Origin: Phyllosticta citribraziliensis
Lineage: Eukaryota
Assembly (NCBI RefSeq): GCF_038025025.1
Contig: NW_027117344.1
Coordinates: forward strand, 1,116,001 to 1,180,000
Direction of reading: 5' to 3'
Length of the DNA stretch: 64,000 nt
Below are positions 23,673-38,000 of the stretch, piece after piece. A model generated the notes under the pieces. That model was not told where the DNA came from and did no database searches. It saw only the letters and a program-made list of their open reading frames with translations. Position 1 is the first letter of the stretch. Every line of letters starts with the position of its first letter. The position numbers and the translations under genes were made by a program.

Positions 23673-24046
23673 GTAGTAGATGCGCCTTGGCGCCACCGTG
23701 GGCATCAAAAGAAAAGATGGCGACCGCAACCAAAGAGCATTCATTTACTGCTACAGTTGCATCTTGCGAGCAGACATTCGCTGCCACAGCTGCGCCTAGG
23801 GATTGTCTCTTCAACACCCAATATGGGACGTAGGAGCCTGGAGAAGCCCACTCATGACTGCGTCGATGCACCATTTGCGGTAGGCATGACTTGATATGAA
23901 CCATGATATACCCGACCTCATCACAGATAGATACAAACAAGAGAACCAACCCTTGATTCCCCAGAGATACCATAAATTCATCAATCAATAATGGTGCAGA
24001 GCCCCAGCTCGTTGACCATCTCCTTTGTCCGATGTTCCGATCCGCC

Positions 24047-26719
24047 TCACTTCATGGTCCTCTCAACCAGATCCTTGTAGATCTTCTTGAGGTCTTCGAC
24101 GTCGTTCTTCAGCTCTTCGACCTGTTCGCTCTTTTCGCCCAGCATTTCGAGCGTCGTCTCATACCGGTTGTTCAGCTCCGTGAGCTCCTTCTGGAGCCTG
24201 TCCACCTTTTGGTCCGCCGCTCGCTTCGTCTCAATCTCGCGCATGAGAGCAACGACCTCTTCGCGCGCCTCGTCCCGCTGCGCTGCCAGACGCGCCATTT
24301 CCTCTTTGGACACGGCTTTCTCCGATTCGAGGCGGCGCACGGCGGCGCTCATGCGTTCGACAAGCTGGACCGATGGTCCTGCACCCACGGTCGAGACGGA
24401 AATCATGTCGGCAACGGTACGGTGCGGAGACGACGTGCGCTCAAAATCTTCTTCGGGCTCGATCGGGTGGATGGAAGGAGGACTTGGAACATTCTTCGAG
24501 CCGTTGAGTCGAGCGACCGACGACGACGATTCTTGTCGAATTGAGGGGGGAACACCCGGTGTGCGTTGGGCAAAATTTGACGTGCGCCGACCGCTTCCTG
24601 GAGATTGGTGCTCCAGGGAAAGGAGAAGCTCTGAAGATACGTTTCTGCTGATGTTGCGGCGACTGTGAATACCACCATCTCCTGTGGTTGAGTGCTTTCG
24701 ACTGAAAGTGCCACCTTGCGTTGACGGCGTCTGCGGGCCCAGGAGGTGCGGCAGGGGTGCTTCCGGGCTGATCGGTGACTGTAGTGCAGCTTGCATCTCG
24801 TTACGCAATTTTGACCTTTCTTCATCAAGCCTTTGTCGCAACTCGGCGTCCCAGATCTTCTTGTGCTGTTCGAACTTCGCATTTGCTGCCTCAAGTTCCT
24901 TCTCAGCTTGCTTGACTTTGGCCTGGAGATCCGCCATTGTGGTCTTTTGCTGGCTGAGCTCGTGCCCTAGCGCTCGCGCCCGCTCACTTGTGCCTTCGAG
25001 CTCATCTTCCAGCTTTCTACTCTTCGAGTTGGCTTCTCGTGCGCGGCGCCTGACCTCGCTCTCGCGCTTCGCCAACTCGTCTCGTTCCTTTTCCAGTGCA
25101 ACCACTCGCGAGGTGAGGCTGCTCTCAATGCCTTGCCAGTTCTCGCTGGCAAGTGCGTACTGGGTTTGGAGGGTTTCGATTTGCCGGAGTAGTTTGATTT
25201 GAGAATCACCTGAAGCAGCCGAAGACACCTCCTCAGTGCGGGAGCGGAGGACTTCGAGCTTCGTTTCGAGGTTCTAGAGACGTGTCAGTACTTTGCCAAA
25301 TCAACATCACGAACCAAGCTTGCTTACCCCAATCTCTCCACGAAGCTCGTTCTCGACTATCTTGGCCCGCTCACGCTGCCGTTCGGCCTCATCTTTGGCA
25401 TCTTGCGCTTCTTTCTTTGCTCGATCCTCCGCCAGCTTTTTCTCTATCCGAGCGTCGGAGAGCTCGTCTTGCAACTCGGCGACGCGCCGCTTGGCATCAT
25501 CGCCAGCACTCTTTTGCGCTTTCTTCTCCGCCTCGCCAGCTCTGTCGTTGGCTGCGACCACCTGTCTTTTAAGCTCCTCCACCAGGCGATTGGCTTCGTC
25601 TCGCTCAGCTTTGAAAGATGCCTTCTCCTTCTCCACTTTTTCGAGCTGTTTGGCTTTGCTCTCCCCGACTTTGGCTTGTGACTCCGCCCTCTTTGCCCGA
25701 TCTGTAGCATCGCTGACGCTTGCCTCGGCCTTGGCCAAACGCCGCCTTAGCTCAGCAATGGCCTTCTCATCCTCCCCAACTTTGGCGCGCAACTTTTTGA
25801 TGGTATTCAAGCAGTTCAATTCCTTTTTTGACAGTGCCTGGCCCTCTTCCATCAACAGTGCTATCTGCTCATCCTTTTCCGCCAGCTTCCGATCCACCGG
25901 GCCAGCGTCACTATCGTTGGCGGCGGAGCGAGCGGAGGTGGCCGCTTGACTGGCCAGGTATTTCAGCTTTGCTTGTAGTGCGTCTATTCGCTCGAGATTT
26001 GCGGTAATTTCCTCGCGATGTGTCATGGAGAGCTCTTCGTAAGCTTCGCGAAGAGCAGCCACATCTTCGGATTCTTCCGTGAAGGTTTGGGGGACAGATT
26101 GTGGTTTCAGTGGGTCATCGGGTCGTGAGGTCGGCGTGATGGAAGAATCGGGTTGGAAAAGTTCTTGCGGTGTTGGGGCGTCATCTTGCTCCAGTACATC
26201 GTCTTCGACTGCTATGTCCGGAATTGTTGAGGCGTTATTCTTCGACTCGTCGGCCGCTATCTGCTCCGCAGCATCATCGGAAAGATTCGCATGCTCCTTG
26301 ATCGCAGACGATGGTGCGTCCGAATTGCGCGAATCTACGCTGGTACGGGAAGTCTCCGCGAGACTGGGTGAAGCTGTGCGGGAGGGTAGCTCAGAGGAAG
26401 ATCGTGACCGCTGCTCCTTGACGGCTTTCGCCAGTCGCTCCTGGAGACGGTCATTCGCTCTATTCCCTGTGCTGCGAGAGGGATTCCGACTGAGGGCTAC
26501 GGAAGTGTTCAGCATGCAATGCGCTGCGCAGACAGCTCACGGCGGGCTACCTTGTTCATAAGCGGCCTTCTTCAAGGCGGCCTCGTCAGCCCTGCTGCGC
26601 GCCGAGGCCTGGTCATCCTCAGCCAGTATGGTATCGAGGCGCGACTCGAGGCCTGCAACAGCGCTGGACAGGAAGCCACCCCACTTGGTGGATTGCTTGG
26701 GCTTTGGCGGCGCGCTCAT
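24047..26719 (-). CDS. SGM1: TMF/Sgm1 golgin (TATA element modulatory factor-like coiled-coil protein)
   Basis: N-terminal WGGFLSSAVAGLESRLDTIL, long coiled coil, KLLRQIETLQTQY..SENWQGIE, and C-terminal GPSVQLVERMSAAVRRLESE..YETTLEMLGEKSEQVEELKNDV. Introns 26550-26497 and 25327-25274. Confidence 0.88.
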
Positions 26720-29700
26720 GCTGCAGTGTAACGACTAGAGAGGTCGGCGGGCTGGGTTCGGCAGAGTCATTGCTCGGACGGCTGGGGCGGTAGACGAGGG
26801 AGTGTGGTGCAGGTCGTCGGGACGGCAAGCATGCGGAGGAACAGAGGGCGACTGGACGCGATGAGGGCGTGGGATGGTTGAGCGATGTGAGGTGCAATTG
26901 GAAGAGTGGCCTGAACTACCAGCTAAGGAAAGGTACGGTGCGTTGGTTGGAACCGTACCTAGTTACGCACTGCAAGGGCTCCTGGCCCGCTGATACGCAA
27001 TCCCCAACACGAATCTAACCTAACCACGCCCGTCGCCTGGCTCGCTCCAGGGCAGCCAGTCTTCACCACGGGAAGAATGATGCTCCGCCATAAACTCTAT
27101 CGCGACGACATGTACCGGACGGCGCCCTCTTGACTCCCTGGCCGACTGTCGTCCTCCGCTTGGGCCTGCCACCGTGTCACGGCGTGCACGCGTCGAATCT
27201 GGCCTGATACGTCTCCACCCGCGCAACCAAACTGTCTCAGCTGCCTCTCCTGCGCCCGAATTCTGTGCGTGAATCACCCACCCACCACTCGTCCTGTTTG
27301 GGTCTTTGTCTCACCGCTCTGTCCGAGCTGGCGTCGTGGTGACGAACCTGGTTTTCCTGGCCGTGGCTGGACCGTTAGGTTGGCAATCAGCGTCCTATAT
27401 GCAAGAGCACGGCGATGACTTGAGCCCACGAGGAATGGATCCATCCTCCCAGCGACCAGCAGGCTCGTTGCAGAACATTATCGTCATGACTGGGTTCCAC
27501 CATGGGCAGACGCTGTGTACCTTGCAGCATGCACTGGCGTCCCTTGAAGAATGAGCTTGGCAAAAGGTCTAAATGGCCAAGGTCGACCGAGGAAGCAACT
27601 TTGCAGCTTCATTTTCAGTGCATGTCTGCGTGCACCAAAGGGATCTATCTCTACTTGTCGACCTGGTCTTCCCCAGCGCCACAACTCCTGTGCAGACATC
27701 ACACGTGCTCCCTACGCCGAGTTTCGCCTGATCCTGGCGAATCTTCATCTCCCGTCAGTCTTTGTACGACTCCTCGACGCCTCTGCGTCCTTCAAGCCGC
27801 CTTGGATCGACGGAACCTTCACCTCCCCGGTCCCCGCGGGCGCCCCTGTCGTGAAGAAAAGGCAAGGCGTTGCGTCACGTCCAGTTGGTCCGGTGGTTTT
27901 GCATGTGCCCTCCTGGCAGCTTTTGGCCACTGTTGGAAGGATCGTGGATTCTGGGGACCGTCATCCCACCTTAAGGACCACCGAGCCATTACCTGTCAAG
28001 GGAGGCTGGTGTGCTACGCTCCTTCAAAATGCGCGCCGCTATCATTCTTGCGTGGGAGTTTAGAGGTGCCAGAGGGCAGTACCATCTCCTGGCGTCGCTT
28101 TCGTGTCGCTCTCCCCGTACGCTACCCGACGGCGCCGTCTGGGGACTGTCCAAGTAGCGTGCATATCAAAGCTGTGACGACGGTAAGGGTTCTTGTCGAG
28201 CCATCATGGGCTCAGGTTGTGGGCTCTGTCCAAACGAATGCACAATCGACTTTGGAACATTCACTTCTTAGCCCCGAGTCGGAACTCTCACCAAGAAGCC
28301 TCATTCGCGAACTCAGCCTGACAGTCTGCGGATGAACCTTTGCACAGGTACTCAGACGATCGCCCTTAACCCCCTTTGCTCATAGGGCTCAATCGAGTCA
28401 TGTGGCATTGTGAGTCCCCAAGCGAACGTTTTCGCATCCTGGACCACCATCTCAGAATGCTTGCGGCTATTCATCACTGATCGACGCCCGTCTCCGCATC
28501 TCTGAACAATGTGGCCCTACCACCCTTGCCAATTGAATAATCTGTGCTACGTCAATCGGAAGATTTGTTGGTGTGATATCTTGCTGACAGAATATGTCAT
28601 CACAGCAGACTCGTCATCTTACTTTTGGAGTACGCTTTCCTTCCAGTGGTCCCGTATAACGAGTCGAACGCCAAAAAAAAGGGCGCATCCAAGAGTCGGA
28701 CAGCCGCATCGCTTGGGACTCCGCAGCGCCCACCTCCCCGTCACCGCTTGACGGTGCAGCGCCAATCGGCCGCTCGCATGCGCCGTCTCTCGCATCGTCC
28801 GGAAGCAACCGAACCCTGCATCAGGCAAAAACATGCCCAAGGCGCCTGCAGAGTGCCCGATGCAGCCCAGCTCTGAATTGCGAAGTGGGAAAACTCGTCG
28901 CCATCTAAAATGGATGACAGCCTTGATGCCTCTAGTACAGCCACGGCTGGCCGGTTGGAAGGGCGGCGACATGGCCCGCATCCACTGGGAGAGGCCCTCG
29001 CAGCCGTAACACTGGATCTTGTCTTAGTATCGCGGCCCTTAACACAGCTGCAGGTCCAATATGCTGCCAGGCTTAGTCACCCGCGGCGTTGGCACATCCC
29101 TGCCAGTCCCAGTGTGAGACAGTCATTCTTCAAACGGACTTGCGCCTGTGCCATTGAGTCGGAGAGGCAGCTCTAGAGCTATGCAAGTGGTGCCGCGCAT
29201 ACCATGGCCGCGAAACATACTGCTTTCGGTCCAACCAAGGCGCGTAGCGACTTGGCGTCGTGGTGGACAGAGACTGGTAAATTGGTAACTGGTAGATGGA
29301 ATGCGAAGCCCTCGAAGCCCTGCCTGTACTACTGATATCCTACTCTGCTTGGACTTTTGGTTTGTTTGACCGTTTTCGTTCCATTTCAGGCCGTCCAAGC
29401 AACGTCTGCGCGTGGCGGGGGCCATCTCTTTCCCCTCTCTACTTCTTGAGTCCTCAAAATCTCTCGAGACTTCAATCTTGAGCTGTCTTCCCAAAGCAGC
29501 CACCAAGAGGTCATCTTGGGCTGTGGTCTTCGCCTCTACGAATCCGGTCCTCATTGGCTGTCCGTTCTCAGTTGACCAGCCTCTGATCTGATACGTATGC
29601 GGTCAACCTTGAGCCTCGCCTCCGCTACAAATAACTGCCCGGGGTACTCATCAGACTCAGACAAAGAGGAACTGCTGCCACATCTTTCGGCCAATTTGCC

Positions 29701-30325
29701 CCCGTTTGCTCGCCGGCGCTCCGGCTTCCGCAACAAAGAACGAGCTCTAAGACGGCGTCCACTCGCCACGCCCGGAGCCGCATCGTGCCTCTGCGAGTGA
29801 TTGCTGTGGAATCTCAGTTCTCTCGCATGCTCGCCAGAGCCAACAACGCACAGTCACAGCGGGTACTTGCAACTGGTTCGTCTCAAAGAATTCCTACAGT
29901 CCACTGCTGCAACGATCCGTCAGCTACAAACCCCTTGCAGTGCAAAACTTACGGAAGAATCATTCACTGATGCGACTAGGCCAATTGATATCCACAGTAC
30001 CTTGGACAGCAGTCCATCTTTGATCTAGAGACTTCTTCCAGAAGCTTTTCGCGAGAAAGATTGGCTGAACCAAGTCGAGACTGTTCATACGACCTCCGTG
30101 ATTCGACTATTCAGCACGGGTATCCGACGTCATTCATCGCGAGCTTCAGAACAGTGACACAACGAAAGCCTTCGCACGCGTGGAAGGCAAAGGCACAGCA
30201 GTCGCTTGTTCTTTCAGCCTCGGCTGACTTCTCAGGAGTACACAGCCCTTTTTGGCGACTTTCTTGACGGCCATTGACGGCTTCGTACGGCACGAATTTG
30301 AAGTACCATGTTGAAAACGGAATCG

Positions 30326-32193
30326 ATGGTCCAGCGTCATCCTCCAACACCGCCCAGCGGACCTTCTGAGCAGCACTATGACCTTCGTCAGCTGGCCCAG
30401 CAGAATGCCAACACGTCTTTCAAGCATGACTTGGACGACTCGCCGTATGGTCACTCTCAGTCATACTCCGTCTTCGGGTCTCCTGCCCCCGTAATGCACC
30501 AGCAGCACTCTGGTGACCCTTACTTGAGCCCGCAGTACGCTGTCAATCAGTATCCAGAGCCACCTCATGACCATCGCGGCGACGTGGGCCTAGGTATTTC
30601 TATTGTAAGCCACCCTTCTCTTGCAAACTGGTTACAACCCATACACTTGAACCAAGGCAACCCAACCGACAATGAGGGGAAGGTTCTACTTTGCGAGTAT
30701 GCTGGCGGCTAACCGGATCTTTCAGGATGATGGCTATGGCACATCGAGTCAACCCTTCTACAACGACGGCCAGATTTACCACCAGATGCCCGTAAGTGTC
30801 TTGTAGCCTTTGAAGGGCCTGAATTTCCGCTGACACTGCGCGGCAGTATATCCCACAGGGCATGCATTCGCACACTCCGCCGACTCCAAGATCAGCAACA
30901 GCGAGCGATACTGGTCGGAGGACCAGAAGTGGAACGTCAGCGGCTCGCACTGCCTCCCCGGCCCCGAAGCCGCGTCCATCAAAGCCGAAAAAGAAGCCGG
31001 AAAACAAGACCAAGGTCAAGACGCCGAAACTCACAGCACCACTGAGTGTTTTGACTAAGGATTACGATGAAATACCTGTCAAGAACATGGAGGAGTGGGT
31101 CAATAGGTCAGAATCGGTCCGCAGAGAAGAGGTTGCAAAGCGCCACGGCTACATCACGAGGCCGATGAATTCCTTCATGCTATATCGGTCAGCATACGCC
31201 GATCGCACCAAAATCTGGTGTCTGCAGAACAACCACCAGGTCGTTTCTTCGGTTTCTGGCGAGAGCTGGCCAATGGAGCCACCGGAAGTTAGGGAACACT
31301 ACAATGATTTGGCCAAGCTTGAGCGACTCAACCACCAGAAAGCGCATCCCGAATACAAGTTCTGCCCTAGCAAGTCTGCGTCGACGGCGCGCAAGCGCAA
31401 AGGCCTCCACTCCGATGACGAGGCCGTCAGTCAAGCCAGCGATGTGGAGGATCCTGACGCAGACTGGGCGCCGTCGCGCCGTGTCCGTGTTGACCGTACG
31501 AGGCGCCAACCCGCCTTTGACGACCACAGCTTCGGCCCAAACGACCATGGCATCAACAAGTCGAGCTGGGAGGCGACCAACGAAGGCCGCCCACTGCCGT
31601 TGGCCCTTGGCTCAAATGACCTTGGCCACAACCAGTACTACCAAACATCTGTGCAGCCGCATGGCGCCTCGGGCGTTGAAGATGTCCGACTACATCGCAT
31701 GGAACATGCTGCGAACAACTTCCGCGCGACGGGCTACCCACAACACTTTGCGGCACACCAGCAAGCGCACATGCAACAGCAACAGCAGCTGCAGCCTCAG
31801 CACATGGTCTCGCAGTCCGTTCTTGGGCTCCCTGGCGGCGGCCAGCACCACGATCTTCTCCAAATGTCCTTTGGATCTGGGCCAGGCAACGTGGCGGGCG
31901 CACATGGTCCGCATGACCCAGCCCAGGTGGACCCCATGCTGCTGGCTTACGCCCACACAACCGAGCACTCGTTCGCGCATGACGACGGCACCGGCTTCCA
32001 CCCAGGAGTATATAGTACGGAGGATGATATTGCGGGATACGTGGGAGACTCAACTGGCGCGTTGCACGCTGGAGCTAGCGGTCCAAACGGAGGTGCCAGA
32101 TCGTCCGACTGGCAGGTCGACTCGGTCCTGATGCCATTGGAGTCTGGAAGTGAATTCGACAAGTGGGTGGACGAGACGACGCAAGGAAACTAA
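30326..32193 (+). CDS. MATA_HMG-class HMG-box transcription factor (likely Ste11/FMF-1/PaHMG5-like sexual-development regulator)
   Basis: HMG box ITRPMNSFMLYRSAYA..NNHQVVSSVSGESWPMEPPEVREHYNDLAKLERLNHQKAHPEYKFCP. Introns 30605-30725 and 30792-30846 (alternative in-frame acceptor at 30858). Alternative in-frame ATG at 30308. Subfamily assignment is from memory and unverified. Confidence 0.85.
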
Positions 32194-33216
32194 CGGCAAG
32201 GATGATGTTTTCGGCCTTGAGGCGTTGGGAGTTTTGCTGTTCTTGCCAGATGCCTTGTGGAGTTTGACAGCAACGGAGGCGGCCTTTTCAATGGACGGCG
32301 TCAGGATGTGTGGAAAATCCGCGATAGAGATAACATGTGGAGAGGCTGTCTGTATACTTTTTTGGCCCGCCAGCGGTGGCGGCTGGTTGGCTTGCTTGCG
32401 TCAGTGGGTTCTTGGCTACGTTGGTCTTCTGATTCTGCTTTGGTAACCACCGACCCTCATTCTTCATACCTTGTTGTTGCTTTTCTTCTTTCTTCTCTTT
32501 CTTCTCTTGCTGTCTCTTGTACTGGTTGGCTTATATTACTGTAAAAAAAGGCATGGTGACGGGGAACGATATGGTTGAGGGCTTGGGTAGGTGGCTTCGG
32601 TGGGTTTGTAGAGTCGCGGTAGACCTAATCCATGTCCGACTTCTGAGTGTACAGGCAGTCTCCTGCGAGTCCCAACGGAGACAAATTGCAAAGTGCCAAC
32701 AACAAACTGACGAGGGGGCAGCCCTTTGTATATGGCAGCTTCGAAGGAAGGAGCACGCCAGGCATGGGTCAAAGATTGGTGGCGACGACAAAGACGTCTT
32801 CCGAGACCACGACAGAGAAGATTGAAGGAAACCAACACAAGTGGCTGGAAGAACAAACACTACCCTTGTTGTTGAGGGCGTTGGCAAAAGAGGGGTCTTT
32901 GCAGTGGGTTGTACTACAGGAACATGACAAGTCGGGAAGGAGAGGCAGCGCTTTGTTTCAAAAGGTGGCAAAGGAGCAATAATTTTACACGGAATTGGGA
33001 GCACAGCGCAGTGTTTCTGCCACAGCCATCGGTGTTTAGGAAGCTTCTTGTAGGAGCCGTGGTGCTGAAGAGATGACGTCCAAATGGGGCAGGAAGATCT
33101 CGTAGGGCGATCAGGGATCTGCCGTCAGCCGTCGGGACCCACGATCCAATCCCCGGCCCCGAGGATTCGCGCCCACAGGAACGCGCCCACGACCTGACCG
33201 AACCGACACCACCACC

Positions 33217-33597
33217 ATGTACGGCGAGTTGGGCAACAAGCTGGTGCATTTCTTCCCACGGCTCGTATCGTCCACATCCCACATCTGACGCGCCGCAGGT
33301 CCAACATGCCAAACGTACTCAGTCGCTCGCCCACCTGCCGCCCTACCAGACGGAGATTGTGCGCGCCGTGACGCGAGAGGTCCGCGAGCTCAACCAACAT
33401 GTCAACGACATCATGTCCTCCATTTCCGGCTCCTTCAACCCGTCTACGGACCCTTCGACGGCGTGCGCGCTGCTCGTCGACCACCTCGCCATGCGACGCA
33501 ATAAACGGTGCCTGTTGGCATATCACAGAGTGCGGTCGGACAAGCTAGAGGAAATGTGCTGGGCAGGCGTCGACGTGCTGGAGCGGCAGCAGCTCAT

Positions 33598-33631
<34 letters not shown>

Positions 33632-33992
33632 AGTGGCAAGGATTTGAGCGGGGAAATGGGAAACACTAGCAGCCTAAGCCCAGAGGAGGAGGAATACGTT
33701 CGGCAGTACAGCGACTTGCTAGCTGCTTACAAAGGGCAGTGGACGGACATTGACCTCACCGGCAGCTTGGAACCGCCCCGCGACTTATTCATCGACGTGC
33801 GCGTGCTGAAGGACGCGGGAGAGATCCAGACGGAATATGGGTAGGTCCACTGCTCGAGGGTGCGCAGCTTTTGGTTTGACTGACACAAATGTCTGCAGCG
33901 CCATCACGTTGACCAAGAACAGCCAGTTCTACGTGCGGCAAGGCGACGTTGAAAGGCTCATTGCCCAAGGTTACCTGCAGCGACTCGCTTGA
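33217..33992 (+). CDS. PSF1: GINS complex subunit Psf1
   Basis: MYGELGNKLVQHAKR..LPPYQ, MRRNKRCLLAYHRVR, LSPEEEEY, DLTGSLEPPRDLFIDVRVLKDAGEIQTEYGAITLTKNSQFYVRQGDVERLIAQGYL. Introns 33244-33298 and 33841-33898. Confidence 0.95.
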
Positions 33993-35083
33993 AAGACGCC
34001 ACCAAAGAGAGGCAGGGCGAATCTAGCTAGACCGCGCAGGGTAGTCCCAGCATACCAGGCCGCCCGGGACGAGGCCCCTTGACTTCACCGACTCCCGGGA
34101 GCCGGCCGACGGCAAATTAAATGCGGGCACAACACATGCAAAGGCGGGGAATGGGCAAGAGGGTCGTTTGCTTGGGGCATGGGCAGGCGTGGCAATTGGG
34201 CTGAAGGAGCAGAAGCCATGGGCGTGGGCAGAATGAAGCGGATGGCGACAATTGATAGTGTCATGGCGCAGTGCAGCGTCCAAGGGGCTGTGTGACCGGT
34301 GTGGACTGGCTGCGGTGCTGCATGTTGCACGAGGAGTGGACATGGTGTAGCAATGGACCCAAGAAGAGATCCGACGCCGTGGAACGCAGGTGCAGACAGG
34401 TGGATGAACGAGTGGCCGGCAGACGACGACCACCCAGACGACACCAAACGCTACAACATGGCCATTTCCAGGTATCAGAATGACTTTGCGCTCCTCGTCG
34501 GATCAAGCTTGTACTGATCATGCGCGTGCAGTAGGTGCGGGCGTGGCCAGTAGGCTGAGGCGGAACTTGAAGGCCGTCAACCCCGGCCCGCCTGACGTTG
34601 GCGCTGGGCTGGGCTGGGCTGGGCTGGGGGAAAACAATCCATGGCCTCTGTCCCTCGATGCGGCTCCCCTCTTGTCCTCGACGCGACCGCGACCGGCCTC
34701 TACTAAGTAATCCAACACGGCTCGACAGAAATGATGGCGCTGCCTGACAAGAAAATTCTGACGCGGTCCGCTCAAGGCACAGTACACCATGCTGCCACCA
34801 TGACCCCGGCTGTGGCCCGCCCGCTGCCGTTGATCTGCCCAGCTTGAACTTGACATTTTGCCCAATCGCTCCAACCTCTGCCCACCAGACCGCCTCTGCT
34901 CCAGGACAGGAAACACGCAATAGCTTCCCATTCTTACGAGAAGCTTCACCAGACGCCTCGCCCAGCTGCTCCGCAGACGCTGCGACCCGCCAGCCTCGTT
35001 GCGCCATTTTGCCCCCCGTTCCTAGCGGGCAAGCTTTCGACGCATTGTTCTGCAGCTCCCGCCTTTGACACGAAAAACGCGCC

Positions 35084-38000
35084 ATGCCCGGCCATGATAG
35101 CATCAGACCCAGTCCCGACCGTCCTTCGTCCTCCGCTGCCGCCGTCCAACATCAATTGCCTTTTACTAGCCCGGCCGTCGACGATGCCGACTTCTCGGCC
35201 GCCGAGACCTCCAGGACTGCAGCTGGTTCCCATCCACAGCCCATTTCGTGCCCCTCTCCCTCAAAGTCCAATTCAACTCCCGGGGGCTACCTCTCCTCGT
35301 CTTATGCGAGAACACCTGCCCGGTCCTTTCACCATCACACCTCGCATGGCCAAATAGGTACCCACCCTGGAGCCTTCGTGCTTTTCCATTACTAACAATT
35401 ACGTGCTAGATACTCCCCAGTACTCCTCCTACGGCGTCCGGGGTAAAACTCAAGAGCTCTCCATGCACGCTCTGTCCCAGTCGGGCTCGTTCCGCTCCAA
35501 AAGCATCCTCGCTCGACGCCTCTCTGCCGCCGAGAGCCCCCACGGACGCGACTCCCCGGATTTCCTCCACGACAGTTTCGACCATGACGGGAGCAGAACC
35601 TCGTCTGATATACCCCCTTCTGGAATAATATCACACCAGTCCGGCACCGCTTCCCCCGAACCGGTCGGATCGTTGCCCCAGGCGAGGATCCCACGGGCTG
35701 GCAAGTCAACCACGCCGGTGAATGGACCAACAGAGCACCGTGCTGGCCAAGGCAATGGAGCCACCGAGACAACTTCTCTCTTGGCTTCGTCCAGGGCCGC
35801 TGACAGGAAGCCGTATGGGACAACTTCAGACGTCGAGTGCCAAGGCGAGTCCCGTAGCAGACGTTCGAGGTTTTGGCACAAAGCGTCGGACCGTGTCCAT
35901 GACGCAGCAGAATTTCTCCAAAGAGCCAGGAACCCCAAAACCTGGAATAGGAAAGCCATTCTTCATGCGGGAGTCATTGATCCTGTCAAGAGTCTTCCCG
36001 CAGTATTTCTGGGCTTGCTACTCAATGTTCTGGATGGCCTGTCGTACGGTAAGTGCATGTCAATTTGCTCTCTCCTTTCGCTTTCGGCACTCCGAAGTCC
36101 GACAGCTTCATGCATTCTCCGCATTTCAAAGTCTGGTTATTTTTGGCCATGATTCTTTTTTCTTGCTTTCACATGCTCAGCGCGGTGGTGTACCTTGAGG
36201 ACCGCTCGCAAAAGCAATTCCGCATGTCTTCTCTGGTTGCTTTCAGGGAAAGAGCTTCTTTAGAGTCTTGCAGGGTTGTCTGAACGCTCCTCGTTACCAC
36301 GGCTGCGGGTCGCTCATCGTTCCAGCCAGACCAAAGTTCTAACCTTGTACAGGCATAATTCTTTTTCCGCTAGGCGAGCCAATTTTTGCGAAGCTCGGCG
36401 TCGACGGGCTGTCCATGTTTTTCGTCAGTTGCATAGTATCGCAGCTGGTCTACTCGCTGGGTGGCTCAACTTTCAAGGGAGCTGTTGGCTCCGAGATGGT
36501 ACGTATACGCTCAACCCACAACATCAAAACTCGACCATAAGGATACCCCGACATGATTGATGAAGTTACTGACTGAGTTGGATTATAAAGATAGAAGTTG
36601 TCCCATTCTTTCACAAAATGACTTATGTGATCATGGGGCACATGGGACCGGCTGAACCAAATGCCATCATCGCAACCGTCGTCCTGGCTTATGCCACCAG
36701 CTCCATCATAACAGGTTTGATCTTCTTAGCGCTTGGCGTATTCAAGCTCGGAAACCTCGTCAGCTTCTTTCCTCGCAACATTTTGAACGGATGCATTGGA
36801 GGCGTTGGATTCTTCCTGTTCGTCACGGGGATCGAAGTCTCGGCTCGACTCGGGGGAAACCTCGAGTACAACCTGACAACGCTCAAAGCTCTTTTTTCGA
36901 GCGACACCGTTGGACTATGGCTGTCACCGCTTGCTTTGGCCATTACTTACATGGTCATCAAGTATTTCTACGACCATCCGGCGCTTATGCCCGCATTCAT
37001 CATTCTCATTACCGCAGTCTTCCATATCGTCGTCGCAGCGGTCGATCACTTCAATCTCGACAAGGCTCGCCACGCCGGTTGGGTTTTCGAGAAACCAGAG
37101 TCGGGTGTTCCTTTTTACCATTTTTACTCCTTATACGGTAAGATCCAACTCACCTTGTGGGCAGACAGCCGATATTGATTTGTGCGCAGATTTTAGCGTT
37201 GTCGACTGGGGCGCGCTTGCAAAAACGATTCCGACAATGTTCGCCCTATCATTCTTTGGCATCATCCACGTGCCCATCAACGTCCCCGCCCTCGCCCTTT
37301 CAGCCAAGGAGGATGATGTGAGCATTAACCGTGAACTCGTAGCTCATGGCTTGTCGAATGCCCTATCGGGCTTCGTCGGATCCATCCAGGTAAGCGTTAA
37401 GATTATAGTTCACTAGACCCTGACTGACACGAGCAGAATTATCTTGTCTACGTCAACAGCGTCATGTTCATGGACCATGGGGGCAACAGTCGCGTCGCAG
37501 GCCTCTTGCTTGCTGCTGCCACGACAGGGGTCTGGATGGCCGGTCCAGGCCTCATCGGGTATGTGCCTGTCATGGTAGTTGGAACCCTGATTTTCTACCT
37601 GGGCATTGATCTGCTGAAGGAGGCTCTGTGGGACACCTTTGGCAGGTTGCGGCTGCTGGAGTACCTTACGGTAAGTGATGCCATTGGCCAACTTTGGTGC
37701 GGAAGCTGACTGGAATAGATCATCACCATCGTTCTGATCATGGGTGTCTACGACTTCGTCTGGGGCGTCCTGGCTGGTATTATGCTTGCCTGCCTCACGT
37801 ATGTCGTGCAGACGTCTCAAACTCCAGTCATCCGATCAACCTACAACGGCACAATTGCGCAATCCACTGTCCGCCGGCCTCCACTTCACCGCAAGTATCT
37901 TGATGAGGTCGGTCAACAAGTCTTTGTGGCGAAGATAGCGGGCTATCTCTTCTTTGGCACCATTGTGTCGGTCGAGAACAACATCCGGAAGCTCGTGGAT

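Noticed and set aside
27306..29800. ORFs of 80-277 aa upstream of the HMG gene as a protein-coding gene
   Set aside because: No recognisable motifs and no consistent splice model; composition resembles random GC-rich ORFs.
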